From: a virus
Direction: 5' to 3' (one strand)
DNA: 64,000 nt
IMG/VR virus record: IMGVR_UViG_3300033146_001382
Location: 1-64,000 of that record
In this document: positions 38,000 to 48,581 of the stretch, in pieces
Position numbering within the stretch: the first letter of the stretch is position 1
How the letters are laid out: the number at the start of each line of letters is the position of its first letter
The notes under the pieces: generated by a model
Databases searched by the model: none
The model's input: only the letters and a program-made list of their open reading frames with translations
What the model was told of the DNA's origin: nothing
Translations under genes and position numbers: made by a program

Positions 38000-38102
38000 T
38001 TAATAAGTTAATAACAAATGGTTTTATTGAATTACCCAGGTTGGTAACCTAAAGTAACAAAAAATAACATGATTTTAATTATATAAGGAGGAAAACCTTA
38101 CT

Positions 38103-38825
38103 ATGGACGAAGCATTGAAGAAAGATATTGAAAATATGGTAAAGACCATCTTTTCTGATAAAGAAGAAGCTAGTCAGATGCAAAAAACTCAAGACGCTTT
38201 AAATGAGTCAGCAGAGACTATTGAGGCTTTAACTAATACTTTAGAAGAGACTAATACAGAGCTGGCTAATGTCAAAGATTTGGCAAAAGAGGATGCAGCT
38301 ACTAAGGATTCTAAAATTTCCGAACTTACTACTGAACTAGAGGCAGTTCAAACTAAGTTGGGTACAGCAGAGGCAGATTTACTTGTTTCTGAGGAGTCTT
38401 TAATTAACATTAAAAAAGACCGTTTGGCAGAAGCTAGAATGGTAGAATTACAAGAAGCTAAGGTAGCAATGGAGAATAATTTGGAAGTTCAGACTGCGAA
38501 AGTAAGAGAATTTTCAGATGAAGAGTTTGCTACATATAAAGAAGATAGAATTGAGCTTAGAGATTCAGTTAAGAAAGAACTAGAAGCTGCAGCTACTGCT
38601 GCCGCTGCTGAAAATAGTAATACAGGTGAAGAAAATACTCAAGAGAACACTGAAACAGCCTCTACTGAAGAGGGTAACAACACACCACCTGTAGAAGTAG
38701 CTCCTGGCCAAGCTATGGCTGCTGCTATGAATTTTGAAAATAATCCATCAGATGACATGGTGAGTAAGTATGAGGCAATGGGTAAAGCCATGGCCGCTAG
38801 TTTAGCACCTAAGTCCGATAATTAA
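38103..38825 (+). CDS. Capsid scaffolding protein
   Basis: Acidic coiled coil before decoration/capsid genes. Confidence 0.75.
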   Translation: MDEALKKDIENMVKTIFSDKEEASQMQKTQDALNESAETIEALTNTLEETNTELANVKDLAKEDAATKDSKISELTTELEAVQTKLGTAEADLLVSEESLINIKKDRLAEARMVELQEAKVAMENNLEVQTAKVREFSDEEFATYKEDRIELRDSVKKELEAAATAAAAENSNTGEENTQENTETASTEEGNNTPPVEVAPGQAMAAAMNFENNPSDDMVSKYEAMGKAMAASLAPKSDN

Positions 38826-38843
38826 TAAGGAGGAAGAAAAGGT

Positions 38844-39473
38844 ATGTTTATTCCTAGACATTCAGTTGTAGAAAATCAATTTTGTAGTTATACCGAGTCT
38901 AATACATTCGGCGGAGCAGGTACAGGTGATGTAGTAGCATATGCAGGTTCAGTAGTTTATCTAGATCCAGCAGCTGCTAATGAAGAGCCAATGGTAAAAG
39001 CCATGGCTGGTGTTGTAACTCAAGCTCCTTTTGGTTTTATGATGCAAAAAGTTAAAGTAGGGTATCATAATGTACATCCTACTGGGTTTGTTATGCCAGG
39101 TGATTTAGGCTCTAGTGATGCAATAGCACAGCCATTATATAATACTGCTGGCGCTATAGTAGGTCATAAGTCTGTACCAGTAGGTATAGCTCATCTTGGT
39201 ATATTTGATACTGTTCATTATATATGTGAAGCTGCCGGTGGTACAGCTAGTGCAAAAATGGCTCCAGGGCAATCTTTGTATGCAGCGTCTTATCAAGCTA
39301 GAGTTACAAATTCTAGTAATAATACTCCAGCAGATGATGCTACGGGTGATACAGGTGAGAGAGCTTCTAATACAGTTGTTGCTAGAGTTGTTAAAGGGGC
39401 TAGTTTGGCTAAATGCCAAGCAAATATGGATAATGTAACACTCTATCCGATTAGAATGAAATTACTTGTTTGA
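38844..39473 (+). CDS. Head decoration/cement protein
   Basis: Gly/Ala-rich beta protein directly upstream of capsid gene. Confidence 0.65.
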   Translation: MFIPRHSVVENQFCSYTESNTFGGAGTGDVVAYAGSVVYLDPAAANEEPMVKAMAGVVTQAPFGFMMQKVKVGYHNVHPTGFVMPGDLGSSDAIAQPLYNTAGAIVGHKSVPVGIAHLGIFDTVHYICEAAGGTASAKMAPGQSLYAASYQARVTNSSNNTPADDATGDTGERASNTVVARVVKGASLAKCQANMDNVTLYPIRMKLLV

Positions 39474-39540
39474 TAAAAAAGTTGGATTAATGTATTTTTA
39501 TAATACATCCAAAATTACTAAATATTAGGAGGAAGTATAA

Positions 39541-40608
39541 ATGGAAAGACAAGAAATGATGGAATTGTTCAAAGCTACTTCAGAGATAAATACCCCTGAA
39601 GGGATGGCTGCATACCGTGCGTTTGCTGCTGCTTTGACTACACCAATATTACAGAAAATTGAGTTAGACTCTATAATGAGGAATCTCTTTACTGTGGAAA
39701 GACTAGGTCCAGGAGCTCAGGCTGTTTATCCAGTGGCGGAAGATTTTGAGATCCCAGTTTGGGTACTACCCGGATTAGGATATGTAGCACAGAACTTTAT
39801 TGAAGGTATCGGTGAAGAGGTATACGTTCCTACGTTTACTATTGACGCTGCTGCTGATTGGAAAATAACGTATGCGCGTGATTCCAGAATAGATATTGCT
39901 TCTAGAGCTGCAAATCGTGCCGCAAAAGATCTAGCGAATTATGAGGAAGAGTGTGGATGGCGTGTAATTATGCCAGCTGCTACTTCTGCTTTCTCAGGTA
40001 AGGGGCTATTAGGCTCTAGACCAGCACCAATTTATGAAATAAATCCTGCTGCACAAGGTGCAGGATATTTATCTAAAGAGTTGATTAATAAAATGATAGT
40101 CGGATTTAAACGATTAGGTAGAACACTTACTGATTTGTATGTATCTCCAGAAGATGCTGCAGATATCAGAGAGTGGACTGATACTGATATAGATCCTATT
40201 ACTCGTAGAGAGATCTTTCAGGCTTCCGGTATGGGAAGTCTTTGGAATGTATCACTTCATGAAATTCAACATTTGGGTGCTACAGGTATGTTTAATATTA
40301 ATGGCGACGGTTCAGCTTATGGAAAATTCACAGCACCGGGTAATGTTTATAATGGGTATACACTAGACAACCCCAATATTACTGCAGCTGATGGCACCGT
40401 AGGCACTTTAGGTGAAACACAAATTCTTGGTTTTGACCTGAGTATGAATGATTCTCTAGTTATGCCAATACGTAAAGAGTATGAAGCACATGATGATCCT
40501 ACATTACTTCGTGTGCAGAAACAAGGATTTTTTGGATGGGCAGAGTTGGGTTTTGCGTGTCTAGATAGTAGAATGCTTGGTATGGGTATTATAGATAGAA
40601 GTTTATAA
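39541..40608 (+). CDS. Major capsid protein
   Basis: 355 aa, position, strong RBS, terminator downstream. Confidence 0.88.
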   Translation: MERQEMMELFKATSEINTPEGMAAYRAFAAALTTPILQKIELDSIMRNLFTVERLGPGAQAVYPVAEDFEIPVWVLPGLGYVAQNFIEGIGEEVYVPTFTIDAAADWKITYARDSRIDIASRAANRAAKDLANYEEECGWRVIMPAATSAFSGKGLLGSRPAPIYEINPAAQGAGYLSKELINKMIVGFKRLGRTLTDLYVSPEDAADIREWTDTDIDPITRREIFQASGMGSLWNVSLHEIQHLGATGMFNINGDGSAYGKFTAPGNVYNGYTLDNPNITAADGTVGTLGETQILGFDLSMNDSLVMPIRKEYEAHDDPTLLRVQKQGFFGWAELGFACLDSRMLGMGIIDRSL

Positions 40609-40618
40609 TTTTTAGTGA

Positions 40619-40664
40619 TAACAGTACCTTATATAGTTTTAATTAATTATATAAGGTATTGTTA
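40619..40664 (+). terminator. Hairpin after capsid gene
   Basis: acagtaccttatata / tatataaggtattgt stem. Confidence 0.6.
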
Positions 40665-40875
40665 TATAAGTAATACCTGTATTTTATTAATGTAAATATT
40701 TTTTCTAACTATTCATAGTATAATAGGGACAGAATTAGTATATCAAGTTAAACAATTCAGATGGGGGCCATAATATTATTTTTATTTCAACATCTTATAG
40801 TCAAAAATATTAATGGTTACATCCATAAAATATATTTGTTTAACTTAAGTAATTAACTAACCATCTAATAGTTAG

Positions 40876-41181
40876 ATGAGAATACTATTGATAATATTTG
40901 CTGCAATAATTTTTACTGAGGCCATTACTGAACTAGTAGTTAAATCAGAGCTATTTGAACCTTTAAGGAGATCTTTATTTGAGTCTAAGTATAAAGTTTT
41001 AAGATTCATACATAGTATTCTGGATTGTGGGTATTGTTTTTCAGTATGGGCAGCAACTATATCATCAGTATTATTATTTGCTCTAGATAATAAGATAATA
41101 AATTTTTTTATAATGTGTATCATTGTACATCGTTTGTCTAATTTACTCCATTTTATAATTGATAGAGTAAGAGGGCAATAA
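40876..41181 (+). CDS. DUF1360-like membrane protein
   Basis: ELFEPLR...LDCGYCFSVW; three hydrophobic segments. Confidence 0.7.
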   Translation: MRILLIIFAAIIFTEAITELVVKSELFEPLRRSLFESKYKVLRFIHSILDCGYCFSVWAATISSVLLFALDNKIINFFIMCIIVHRLSNLLHFIIDRVRGQ

Positions 41182-41235
41182 TTTTAAAGATTTAAAAGGA
41201 CAAGGTAAAATCAAACAGAAAAGGAGAATTTTAGT

Positions 41236-41721
41236 ATGGAAGGTTTCGTAAAAAATAAATCGTCAGAGTGGGCATATGCAATGAAACGTTCAATTAGACC
41301 TGGAGGTGAAATACCATTAAAGGAACTATATGAACAGTATGGAAAAAAATATGATATGTTACCAGATGAGACGTTTGTTAATTGGTTGAAAGACATTAAA
41401 TTACAAGGTTCAGATAGATGGGATATAGTATTTGATTTTAAAGACACTGAGGTAAAAACAAGTACTTCTAGTACTGCTACACCCAATAAAAGTCTTAGTA
41501 ATCCATCTAATACTGATTTTACCTCCTCAGTAGCTGTTAAACAGCTACAAGTAGAGGATATTGTTAATTTAACAGTTAGAAAGGCTAGGGGCATTCTACC
41601 TAGAGTAATGGATCTAAATTTGTTAAAATATTCTTTAACAGAAGCACGACAGCTATCAGATAAGGATAGTTTATGTAGGTTATTACAAAAGAGAGTAAAA
41701 GAATTACAGATTTCTAGATAA
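41236..41721 (+). CDS. Virion-module hypothetical protein
   Basis: ORF; AAGGAG RBS. Confidence 0.7.
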   Translation: MEGFVKNKSSEWAYAMKRSIRPGGEIPLKELYEQYGKKYDMLPDETFVNWLKDIKLQGSDRWDIVFDFKDTEVKTSTSSTATPNKSLSNPSNTDFTSSVAVKQLQVEDIVNLTVRKARGILPRVMDLNLLKYSLTEARQLSDKDSLCRLLQKRVKELQISR

Positions 41722-41753
41722 CTATAATTAAAATAATAGGCGGGGTAGTATAA

Positions 41754-42080
41754 ATGATTGTTTTAAGAAAAATCAACTCAAGTTTAGTTGAAAAAACTAT
41801 ACAGCCCGGGCAGACGGAAGAATTTTTTACTCTTGATTTGGATAAGTATGACGCATTTGATTGGAATGTAAAAATTCTAAGTGATGGCAATAGCGGTATT
41901 ACTAAAATTTCAAGCTTATACAATGATAATGTTATGGAATCTACAGCGTATGCTTTTTTAGGGAAAAGGTTTAAGGCAACTACTATAATTACGGTAGTAT
42001 ATGGTACTCATTGCCAATTTAGTATTACTAATAATGAGATAGAATTAATTAAGTGTAGTGTTAAATTAAAAACTTTTTAA
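41754..42080 (+). CDS. Small structural protein resembling the C-terminal domain of 42095-44218
   Basis: Shared beta-strand pattern. Confidence 0.6.
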   Translation: MIVLRKINSSLVEKTIQPGQTEEFFTLDLDKYDAFDWNVKILSDGNSGITKISSLYNDNVMESTAYAFLGKRFKATTIITVVYGTHCQFSITNNEIELIKCSVKLKTF

Positions 42081-42094
42081 GGAGGAATTAAATT

Positions 42095-44218
42095 ATGGCA
42101 CTTTTTGGTATAAAAGAAGGTCTAAAGATCTTCGGAAGTGAGTCAGACACTAGTCTACTTAATGGTACTAGTGACCCTTCTGCTGCTGCTGGTATTCCTG
42201 CGCCTCAAGGGTCCTTATACCTCAGGGCAGATGGAGTTAGTTATAAAAAAACTGGAGCGTTAGATACAGATTGGCAACCATATAGTGAAATTGAAGGTGG
42301 TGGACTTCTTTGGTCTACAATTAGTGGTGCTACCGTATTGGAGTCTAGTAAAGGTTATATATTAGATGCTGATTCTACTGCGTTTACAGTTACTATGCCA
42401 GCCGCCCCAGAAGAAGGCGATTCAATAGGTTTTGCTGGTTTAAGTGATATAGAAACAAATAATGTTACTGTTGATCTAAACGGTCTAAATATGAATGGGT
42501 CAGGTGATGACCTTGTAATAGATTTAAATTATTGTTATTTTGAGATGTTGTACACCGGTGATGCTACTACTGGTTGGGTATTATCTAATACAGATGAGTC
42601 TGGTAATGTAGATAATATTAGAACTTTTATTGGTAATAATGATAATGTTGATCCAGCAGTAACCGAGTTTACTGAAGAAAATTATATTGTAGCTGGTGAT
42701 TCTTTAGAAACTTCTATAGATAAACTTGATATGGCATTAGCTGATGCTGATACTTCTTCTTCAGGTATTAATACAGATCTTACTACATTATCAGGTAGAG
42801 TAGATGTTAATGAAGTTAACATAGCATCTAATGATATTGATATAGCTAATAATGTTACTAATATAGCTACTAATGCTTCTGGTATAGCAGTGAACGCTGC
42901 GGATATTAGTGACTTAGAGGCCTATACTGGGTCAGCAGGTGCTTCAGCCCCTGATTATAATCAAGAAAACTATATTACAGATGGCGATTCGTTAGAAGAA
43001 GCTATCAGTAAGTTAGATGCAGCTTTACAGACTGTAGATAATATAGCAGCTACCGGTGTTAACTGGCGTCAATCTATTATGGGTGCCACTGGCGATATTA
43101 TTACTACAGGCGTAGCAGATTATGCTGGTACAGATCATTTCTCTGATGATGATGTCCCATTCTGGACACATGATATGTGGGCAGATGGCGATCAAATGTT
43201 GTCATTGAATGCTTCTACTTCTGGTATAATTTATACTTGGAATGATGGAGCAGACCAATGGGTGCAAACAGACGCCTTAGGTGCTAATGACGCAGTATCC
43301 GTAAGATATGATTTTCCAGATGCCCCAGGGGGTCAGGAAGATGGTGCTTCTTATATGATGAAGTCAGATCTTACAGAATGTATTAAGATTGCTGATTTTG
43401 ATATGGAGACAGCAGCTACTATAGGATTATCTTCTGGATACACTGCAACATCAGGTACTATCTCTTCTACCGATAGTGTAGAGAGTGCGCTTGAGAAATT
43501 AGACGCTAGATCGTCTGATGCCGGTGGAGATTTAACAGCTTTAGAAGCTAGAGTAACTACTAATGAAACTAATATTTCATCTAATGATACCGATATAGCT
43601 ACTAATGCATCAGGAATAGGTGTAAATGGTGCAGATATTGATGATCTTGAAGCAGCTGTAGGCTCGTCTACTGGCTTAGCAGGTATGGATTATACCTCAA
43701 CTAGTTATGTTACTGAGGATACTTCTGCAGTAGCTGCAATTTCAGCTTTAGATGCAGCACTTACTTTAACAGACGCTACGGTTTCTGGATTAGGTGTTAC
43801 TGCTAATAATAATTACACTTATATAACTAATGTGGATACAGCACACGATAAGCTAGCTGCTGCAGTTCTTACAGAGGCTACTACTGCTGTAAGTGCCTCT
43901 TCTAGTGACACAGTGTTAGATACTGTACCTCAGGCAGGTAATTTAGGAGCTAAATGGTTCGTAATAGCTTATGATGGTAGTGGTAATAGATATGCAGCAG
44001 AAATTTATGCTATGCATGACGGCACCACCTCAGCAGATTTGACTGAGTATGCTATTCTTACTATAGGTACTAGGCTTAAAGTGGATTTTGATGTAGCTGC
44101 TAATGGTACTTCTATGAGTTTGACTGTGGATAATGGAGATACTTCTTCTGTAACCGTTAAGACTCAAAGAATAACTGTACAGACCGCTTCTGTAGATACT
44201 ACTGCAATAATTAGTTAA
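42095..44218 (+). CDS. Fibre protein with internal coiled-coil repeats
   Basis: Repeated NYI.AGDSLE.AI.KLD and NE.NI.SND.DIA.NASGI units; T4 proximal-fibre-like beta repeat. Confidence 0.75.
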   Translation: MALFGIKEGLKIFGSESDTSLLNGTSDPSAAAGIPAPQGSLYLRADGVSYKKTGALDTDWQPYSEIEGGGLLWSTISGATVLESSKGYILDADSTAFTVTMPAAPEEGDSIGFAGLSDIETNNVTVDLNGLNMNGSGDDLVIDLNYCYFEMLYTGDATTGWVLSNTDESGNVDNIRTFIGNNDNVDPAVTEFTEENYIVAGDSLETSIDKLDMALADADTSSSGINTDLTTLSGRVDVNEVNIASNDIDIANNVTNIATNASGIAVNAADISDLEAYTGSAGASAPDYNQENYITDGDSLEEAISKLDAALQTVDNIAATGVNWRQSIMGATGDIITTGVADYAGTDHFSDDDVPFWTHDMWADGDQMLSLNASTSGIIYTWNDGADQWVQTDALGANDAVSVRYDFPDAPGGQEDGASYMMKSDLTECIKIADFDMETAATIGLSSGYTATSGTISSTDSVESALEKLDARSSDAGGDLTALEARVTTNETNISSNDTDIATNASGIGVNGADIDDLEAAVGSSTGLAGMDYTSTSYVTEDTSAVAAISALDAALTLTDATVSGLGVTANNNYTYITNVDTAHDKLAAAVLTEATTAVSASSSDTVLDTVPQAGNLGAKWFVIAYDGSGNRYAAEIYAMHDGTTSADLTEYAILTIGTRLKVDFDVAANGTSMSLTVDNGDTSSVTVKTQRITVQTASVDTTAIIS

Positions 44219-44268
44219 TATAGTTGTATGATAAAATAATATACATAACTATAATTAGTTAAACTATT

Positions 44269-44307
44269 AAGAGGGAGGTCTATTTAATTATAGGCTTCCC
44301 TTTTTTT
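44269..44307 (+). terminator. Intrinsic terminator
   Basis: agggaggtcta/taggcttccct plus T7. Confidence 0.75.
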
Positions 44308-44364
44308 ATATTTAAAATTAGATTAAAAATTAAATTATAATATGTTAAATAAGGAGAAATAAAA

Positions 44365-44694
44365 ATGCCTACACTTTCTAGTTTATATCGACATGCAGAT
44401 GTACGGTGGGAAACTCTAGATTTAATTAATATATCAGATGGAGAAACTTTTTATATGGGGGCTAATATACAAGTAGTAGTAGGATCTAATTGCACTGTTG
44501 TACTTAACCCTGGTCCAGTAGTTGGTGCAGAAATATCTATAATGGTAGGAGCAGATTGGGAAGATGTGTCTTCAACTATTTCGGGGGCAGGTAATAATAT
44601 TATGTCATCTCCTGAAAACTTAGTATTGGATATTAATAATCCATTAAAATTGATTTATCAAAATGATATTCGTGGTTGGGTTTTTGGAGCTTAA
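44365..44694 (+). CDS. Small fibre-associated protein
   Basis: GADW...LDIN.P..L.Y repeat shared with next gene. Confidence 0.7.
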   Translation: MPTLSSLYRHADVRWETLDLINISDGETFYMGANIQVVVGSNCTVVLNPGPVVGAEISIMVGADWEDVSSTISGAGNNIMSSPENLVLDINNPLKLIYQNDIRGWVFGA

Positions 44695-44705
44695 GGAGGA
44701 AATAT

Positions 44706-45023
44706 ATGATAAGACAATTCGATAGAGATTGGTATTTAACTCCATGGGTAACTGTGGAGGATAACTCTACTTTTAATATAACAGAATTTTTAAATAAATT
44801 AATAGTAGGAGGTAATTGTACTATTAATTTACCTGAAATTCCTATTATAGGTACAAAAATATCCTTAGCTATTGGGGCTGATTGGGAAGTCAATAATACA
44901 ACCATATTCTCGCATGGTTCATGTATTATGGGAGTTGTTAGGGATATTACTTTAGATATTAATAAACCTATTAGTTTATTATATAAAGACTTAGATAGTG
45001 GATTTATATTTAGTAAATTTTAA
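44706..45023 (+). CDS. Small fibre-associated protein, paralog of previous
   Basis: Start reassigned after AAGGAGG. Confidence 0.7.
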   Translation: MIRQFDRDWYLTPWVTVEDNSTFNITEFLNKLIVGGNCTINLPEIPIIGTKISLAIGADWEVNNTTIFSHGSCIMGVVRDITLDINKPISLLYKDLDSGFIFSKF

Positions 45024-45036
45024 AAGGGAGCATAAT

Positions 45037-46875
45037 ATGACAAAATGGAGTGATTTTTCTAAAGTATTTTCCGATAAAGTTGTGTTTGACAACTCGGAGT
45101 CTACATTGCAATCAGACGATGTAGAAACTGTAATAGTAGAACTAGATGATAAAGTTAATGGATTAGATCAAGCATTAACTGCTATCTCAGGAACGGTAGA
45201 AGAGATAGAATCTAGTGATGGTTCAAATGTGACTAAAGTTGTTAATCAAGATCAATTTAATAATCTATTCGAGCTATTCGATGCTAGATCTGAGTGCGCA
45301 CAATACGGTGTTTATAAAGTTAAGTCTGAATTCACTGATATTCTTATTGCACCAGGGAGTTATAGTGTAGAATCATTTTTAACATCCAAAGGTAATAGTA
45401 GTAATTATTGCTGCTTTATACTTCATGATAATGTGAAAACTTTTATGTGTGATATGCAGGATAAGAACTCAAAAGTAGAGATAGATTTTTATAGTAAAAG
45501 GCCCTTAGGTAATTTAGGAGCCTTAGCTATTAGACAATATGGTGCACATGTTAGAGGTATCAAGTTAACTAGGTACGAGACACAAAATGTAGTTGAGATA
45601 GGTAGTTCAGGATTTCAGTTATTAGGTGACGCAATACAATTAGAAGATTGTGAAGTGGAGAATTTTTATCGTTCAGGCGGTAGTGGTGAAAATGTGTATA
45701 GTTTTACAGGGGCTTTAACTATAGATAATCCTGATCAAAGTGGCGGTTATTACTCAGGAGAACCTATTTGGAGTCCTTGGACGTACGGTACTGATAATGG
45801 TAATATAGATACTGCGTTATGTAAACTTATCCGTTGTTCTGTATTAAATTATAATAAGGGTTTCTATCAAGTAGGTAATTTAGTAGATTGTGTAGCTAAA
45901 GAAGGGTGGGGTATAACTATTTCACCGTCAGCCTTATGTAGTAGTGTGAATAATATAGATGGGCTTCATTTGACTTCTTATACTCATTCATTAGATACAC
46001 CTTTATTTAATTATTGTAGTAATGTTAGTAATGTTACTGTAACTTTTAGAACTAATTATGCTACATGGAAAGGGGTGTTTAGTAGATGTAATAATATTAG
46101 TAATATACTTTTAGATGAGTATCATAGTGAACAAATACATTTAATGAGAGACATCCTTAAAAATTGTAATTACGTGAGAGGATTTAAGATAAACCTAGGT
46201 GATGGTGGTACTTTTAGTGGAGATAGTGTACCTTCTATTTCTAATTGCTCATATCTTCAGGAGTTAGATTTTACTTTTGGTAAAGTACATGATGACGCTA
46301 ATGAAAATGTGGCATTATTTTATGATTGTAGTAATATAAGTGAGTTTAAATTTAACTTTACCCACGCTGCTGCTAGGACTAGAATGTTTATATTTGATGA
46401 AAGTAAATTCATTAGTTCTGGTATAATTAGTAGTAGTGATCATGATAGGATGCTTACATGTTTTCATAACTCTTCTTATATTAGTTTAATACAATTAAAC
46501 TTACAAGAAGAACATTACGTAGCAGTAGGTTCTAACTATTTAAGTGATATTAAAGCTACTATGCTTAGTAGCAGTACAATTCAAAATACTAATAGTTTTT
46601 TTACTTGTAAGAATTTAACTAATTGTAGTGTTCAGTTTCCAGCCTCTTCTACACTTACTACAGGGTTTAGAGGTTGTATAATGCTTAGTACTTGTTCAGT
46701 AAATGAAGCAGTATACGGTTTTCATGGTTGTGAAAATATAGTAGCATGTAGAGTTGATAATTGTACAGCTGGTTTTACTAATTGCAAATATCTAGCAGCT
46801 TGCTCTGATTTAGATAATACTAGTTCATCAGGTAATATTAGTGTAGATTCAGATTCATGTTCTGGAATAAGTTAA
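45037..46875 (+). CDS. Tailspike-like beta-helix protein, Cys-rich
   Basis: N-terminal STLQSDDVETVIVEL docking motif; repeated C.N/S.N rungs. Confidence 0.6.
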   Translation: MTKWSDFSKVFSDKVVFDNSESTLQSDDVETVIVELDDKVNGLDQALTAISGTVEEIESSDGSNVTKVVNQDQFNNLFELFDARSECAQYGVYKVKSEFTDILIAPGSYSVESFLTSKGNSSNYCCFILHDNVKTFMCDMQDKNSKVEIDFYSKRPLGNLGALAIRQYGAHVRGIKLTRYETQNVVEIGSSGFQLLGDAIQLEDCEVENFYRSGGSGENVYSFTGALTIDNPDQSGGYYSGEPIWSPWTYGTDNGNIDTALCKLIRCSVLNYNKGFYQVGNLVDCVAKEGWGITISPSALCSSVNNIDGLHLTSYTHSLDTPLFNYCSNVSNVTVTFRTNYATWKGVFSRCNNISNILLDEYHSEQIHLMRDILKNCNYVRGFKINLGDGGTFSGDSVPSISNCSYLQELDFTFGKVHDDANENVALFYDCSNISEFKFNFTHAAARTRMFIFDESKFISSGIISSSDHDRMLTCFHNSSYISLIQLNLQEEHYVAVGSNYLSDIKATMLSSSTIQNTNSFFTCKNLTNCSVQFPASSTLTTGFRGCIMLSTCSVNEAVYGFHGCENIVACRVDNCTAGFTNCKYLAACSDLDNTSSSGNISVDSDSCSGIS

Positions 46876-47633
46876 TGCACAATTTTGTAATAATAACTTT
46901 GGATTCTTTACGGTATGATGTGGCTATGTTAGCCAATACTCCTACATTAAATAGTTTAATGCACAAGTATCAGGTAGCAACTGATACTTGGCATAAAACT
47001 TTTGCTCATGCTACTTATACTTTACCTGCTCATGTGTCTATGTTTTCTGGTGGAAAATTTCCGTGTAATGAGGGGGATGTAGCTCCATTTAGTAGGTTGA
47101 ATAATCTTTTTGGGTATACATTTACTAAATCAAATAGTTTATTCAAGTTAACTGAAGATAATGAGTGTATTACGTGTTATTTTAAAGATAGAGACTACAG
47201 AACTATAGGCTTAGGTTCTGTTGGGTGGTTTGATGATTTATTAAGCTCTTCAAAAGATTTTTGGGGTAAGTATTTTAATGAATTTTACTATCAATCGAAT
47301 TTCTCAGTAAAAAATTCTGAAAGTTTTAGAAATCAGATAAATTTTACACGTGATTTACTAAAAAATAATACCAGTGATTTATTTTATTTTGTTAATGTAG
47401 GATCTACTCATGCACCTTATAGAGATGGTGGTACTAGTATAGATGCACAAAAGAAAGCATTAGAGTATATAGATGATAACATAGCAGAGCTTATTAGTTT
47501 ATTCGGTAGTGGTACTGATATCTTTATCTGTGGAGACCATGGTGAGTGTTTTGGGGAAGATGGTCTATGGGGACATAGTTTTTATCACCATAAGGTAATG
47601 GAAGTACCCGCGTGCTACTTGGAGATACCATGA
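46875..47633 (+). CDS. Alkaline phosphatase/sulfatase-superfamily enzyme (STM4013-like)
   Basis: ITLDSLRYD...ATYTLPAH...STHAPY...GDHGECFGEDGLWGH. Confidence 0.8.
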   Translation: MHNFVIITLDSLRYDVAMLANTPTLNSLMHKYQVATDTWHKTFAHATYTLPAHVSMFSGGKFPCNEGDVAPFSRLNNLFGYTFTKSNSLFKLTEDNECITCYFKDRDYRTIGLGSVGWFDDLLSSSKDFWGKYFNEFYYQSNFSVKNSESFRNQINFTRDLLKNNTSDLFYFVNVGSTHAPYRDGGTSIDAQKKALEYIDDNIAELISLFGSGTDIFICGDHGECFGEDGLWGHSFYHHKVMEVPACYLEIP

Positions 47634-48355
47634 AGAAATTTAGTATATCTGGAAGATTTAACGCATTAGAACAAATGGATTTAATTAACTCTATACAGAC
47701 TAGATTTGAAAAATTTAAAGCACTTGGGACTATAGAATCTATTTTTGGTTGTTACATTAGTTATTCTAAGTTATATGGTGGTAGACATAATGCAAATATA
47801 TTAGATACTGATTGTATAGAGTTAATTTATAGTATAGGAGCACATGTGTCTATAACCATGTCAAATTTATTCTTTGATGGTAAATTAGATAAAAATAGTG
47901 AAAAAATACTAGATTTATTGCATACTGATGGTAACTCCATCGTAGTGGCTAATGATGAGTTGGCTAAAACGATAAGAAAATATTATCCTAAATATCTATT
48001 AAGGGCGTCTGCTACTAAACTAATTACTACTATTGAAGAAATTGATCATTTGTTAGAGTTGTATAATTTGGTAGTGTTGATGCCTAATTATAGTACAGAT
48101 ATAGTTTTTTTAGAAAAAATAAAATTTAAGGATCGTATTGTGTTGTTTGCTAATGCTAATTGTGCCTATACATGTAAGAATCATCCTTGTTATGTTAGTA
48201 TTTCTAGACAAAATAGGGGGGAGTCTAATGACGATTATCCCACATGTCCGATGAAGGATAGATCTATACGTAGAAATATAAAAACTACTTATTTTGACAT
48301 GAGCGATCCTATTTTTAATGAGTTTAATAATTTTAAATTAGTGAATTGCAAGTAA
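47630..48355 (+). CDS. Peptidase-U32-like TIM-barrel protein
   Basis: LYGGR; VVANDEL; RASATK; FANANCAYTC...C...C cluster. Confidence 0.6.
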   Translation: MKKFSISGRFNALEQMDLINSIQTRFEKFKALGTIESIFGCYISYSKLYGGRHNANILDTDCIELIYSIGAHVSITMSNLFFDGKLDKNSEKILDLLHTDGNSIVVANDELAKTIRKYYPKYLLRASATKLITTIEEIDHLLELYNLVVLMPNYSTDIVFLEKIKFKDRIVLFANANCAYTCKNHPCYVSISRQNRGESNDDYPTCPMKDRSIRRNIKTTYFDMSDPIFNEFNNFKLVNCK

Positions 48356-48412
48356 ATAAAATGAATTAAGTAACCATATTATTAATAGAGCTAAGTTAAA
48401 AAAGGAGTACAT

Positions 48413-48562
48413 ATGTTTAAGTTTATTTTAAGGTTAGTGCTTTGTACTATAACACTACATAAAAAAGGGGCCAAGATACAGTCTCACAGGGAATATAATA
48501 TATACACATGCGCTAGGTGTGGTAATCTTTTCGCGGTAAAGAAGGATAAATATAAAATATAG
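48413..48562 (+). CDS. 49-aa Zn-binding small protein, absent from ORF track
   Basis: AAGGAG RBS; C...H...CARCG. Confidence 0.55.
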   Translation: MFKFILRLVLCTITLHKKGAKIQSHREYNIYTCARCGNLFAVKKDKYKI

Positions 48563-48581
48563 TTTTAAAAGGATGAAATAA

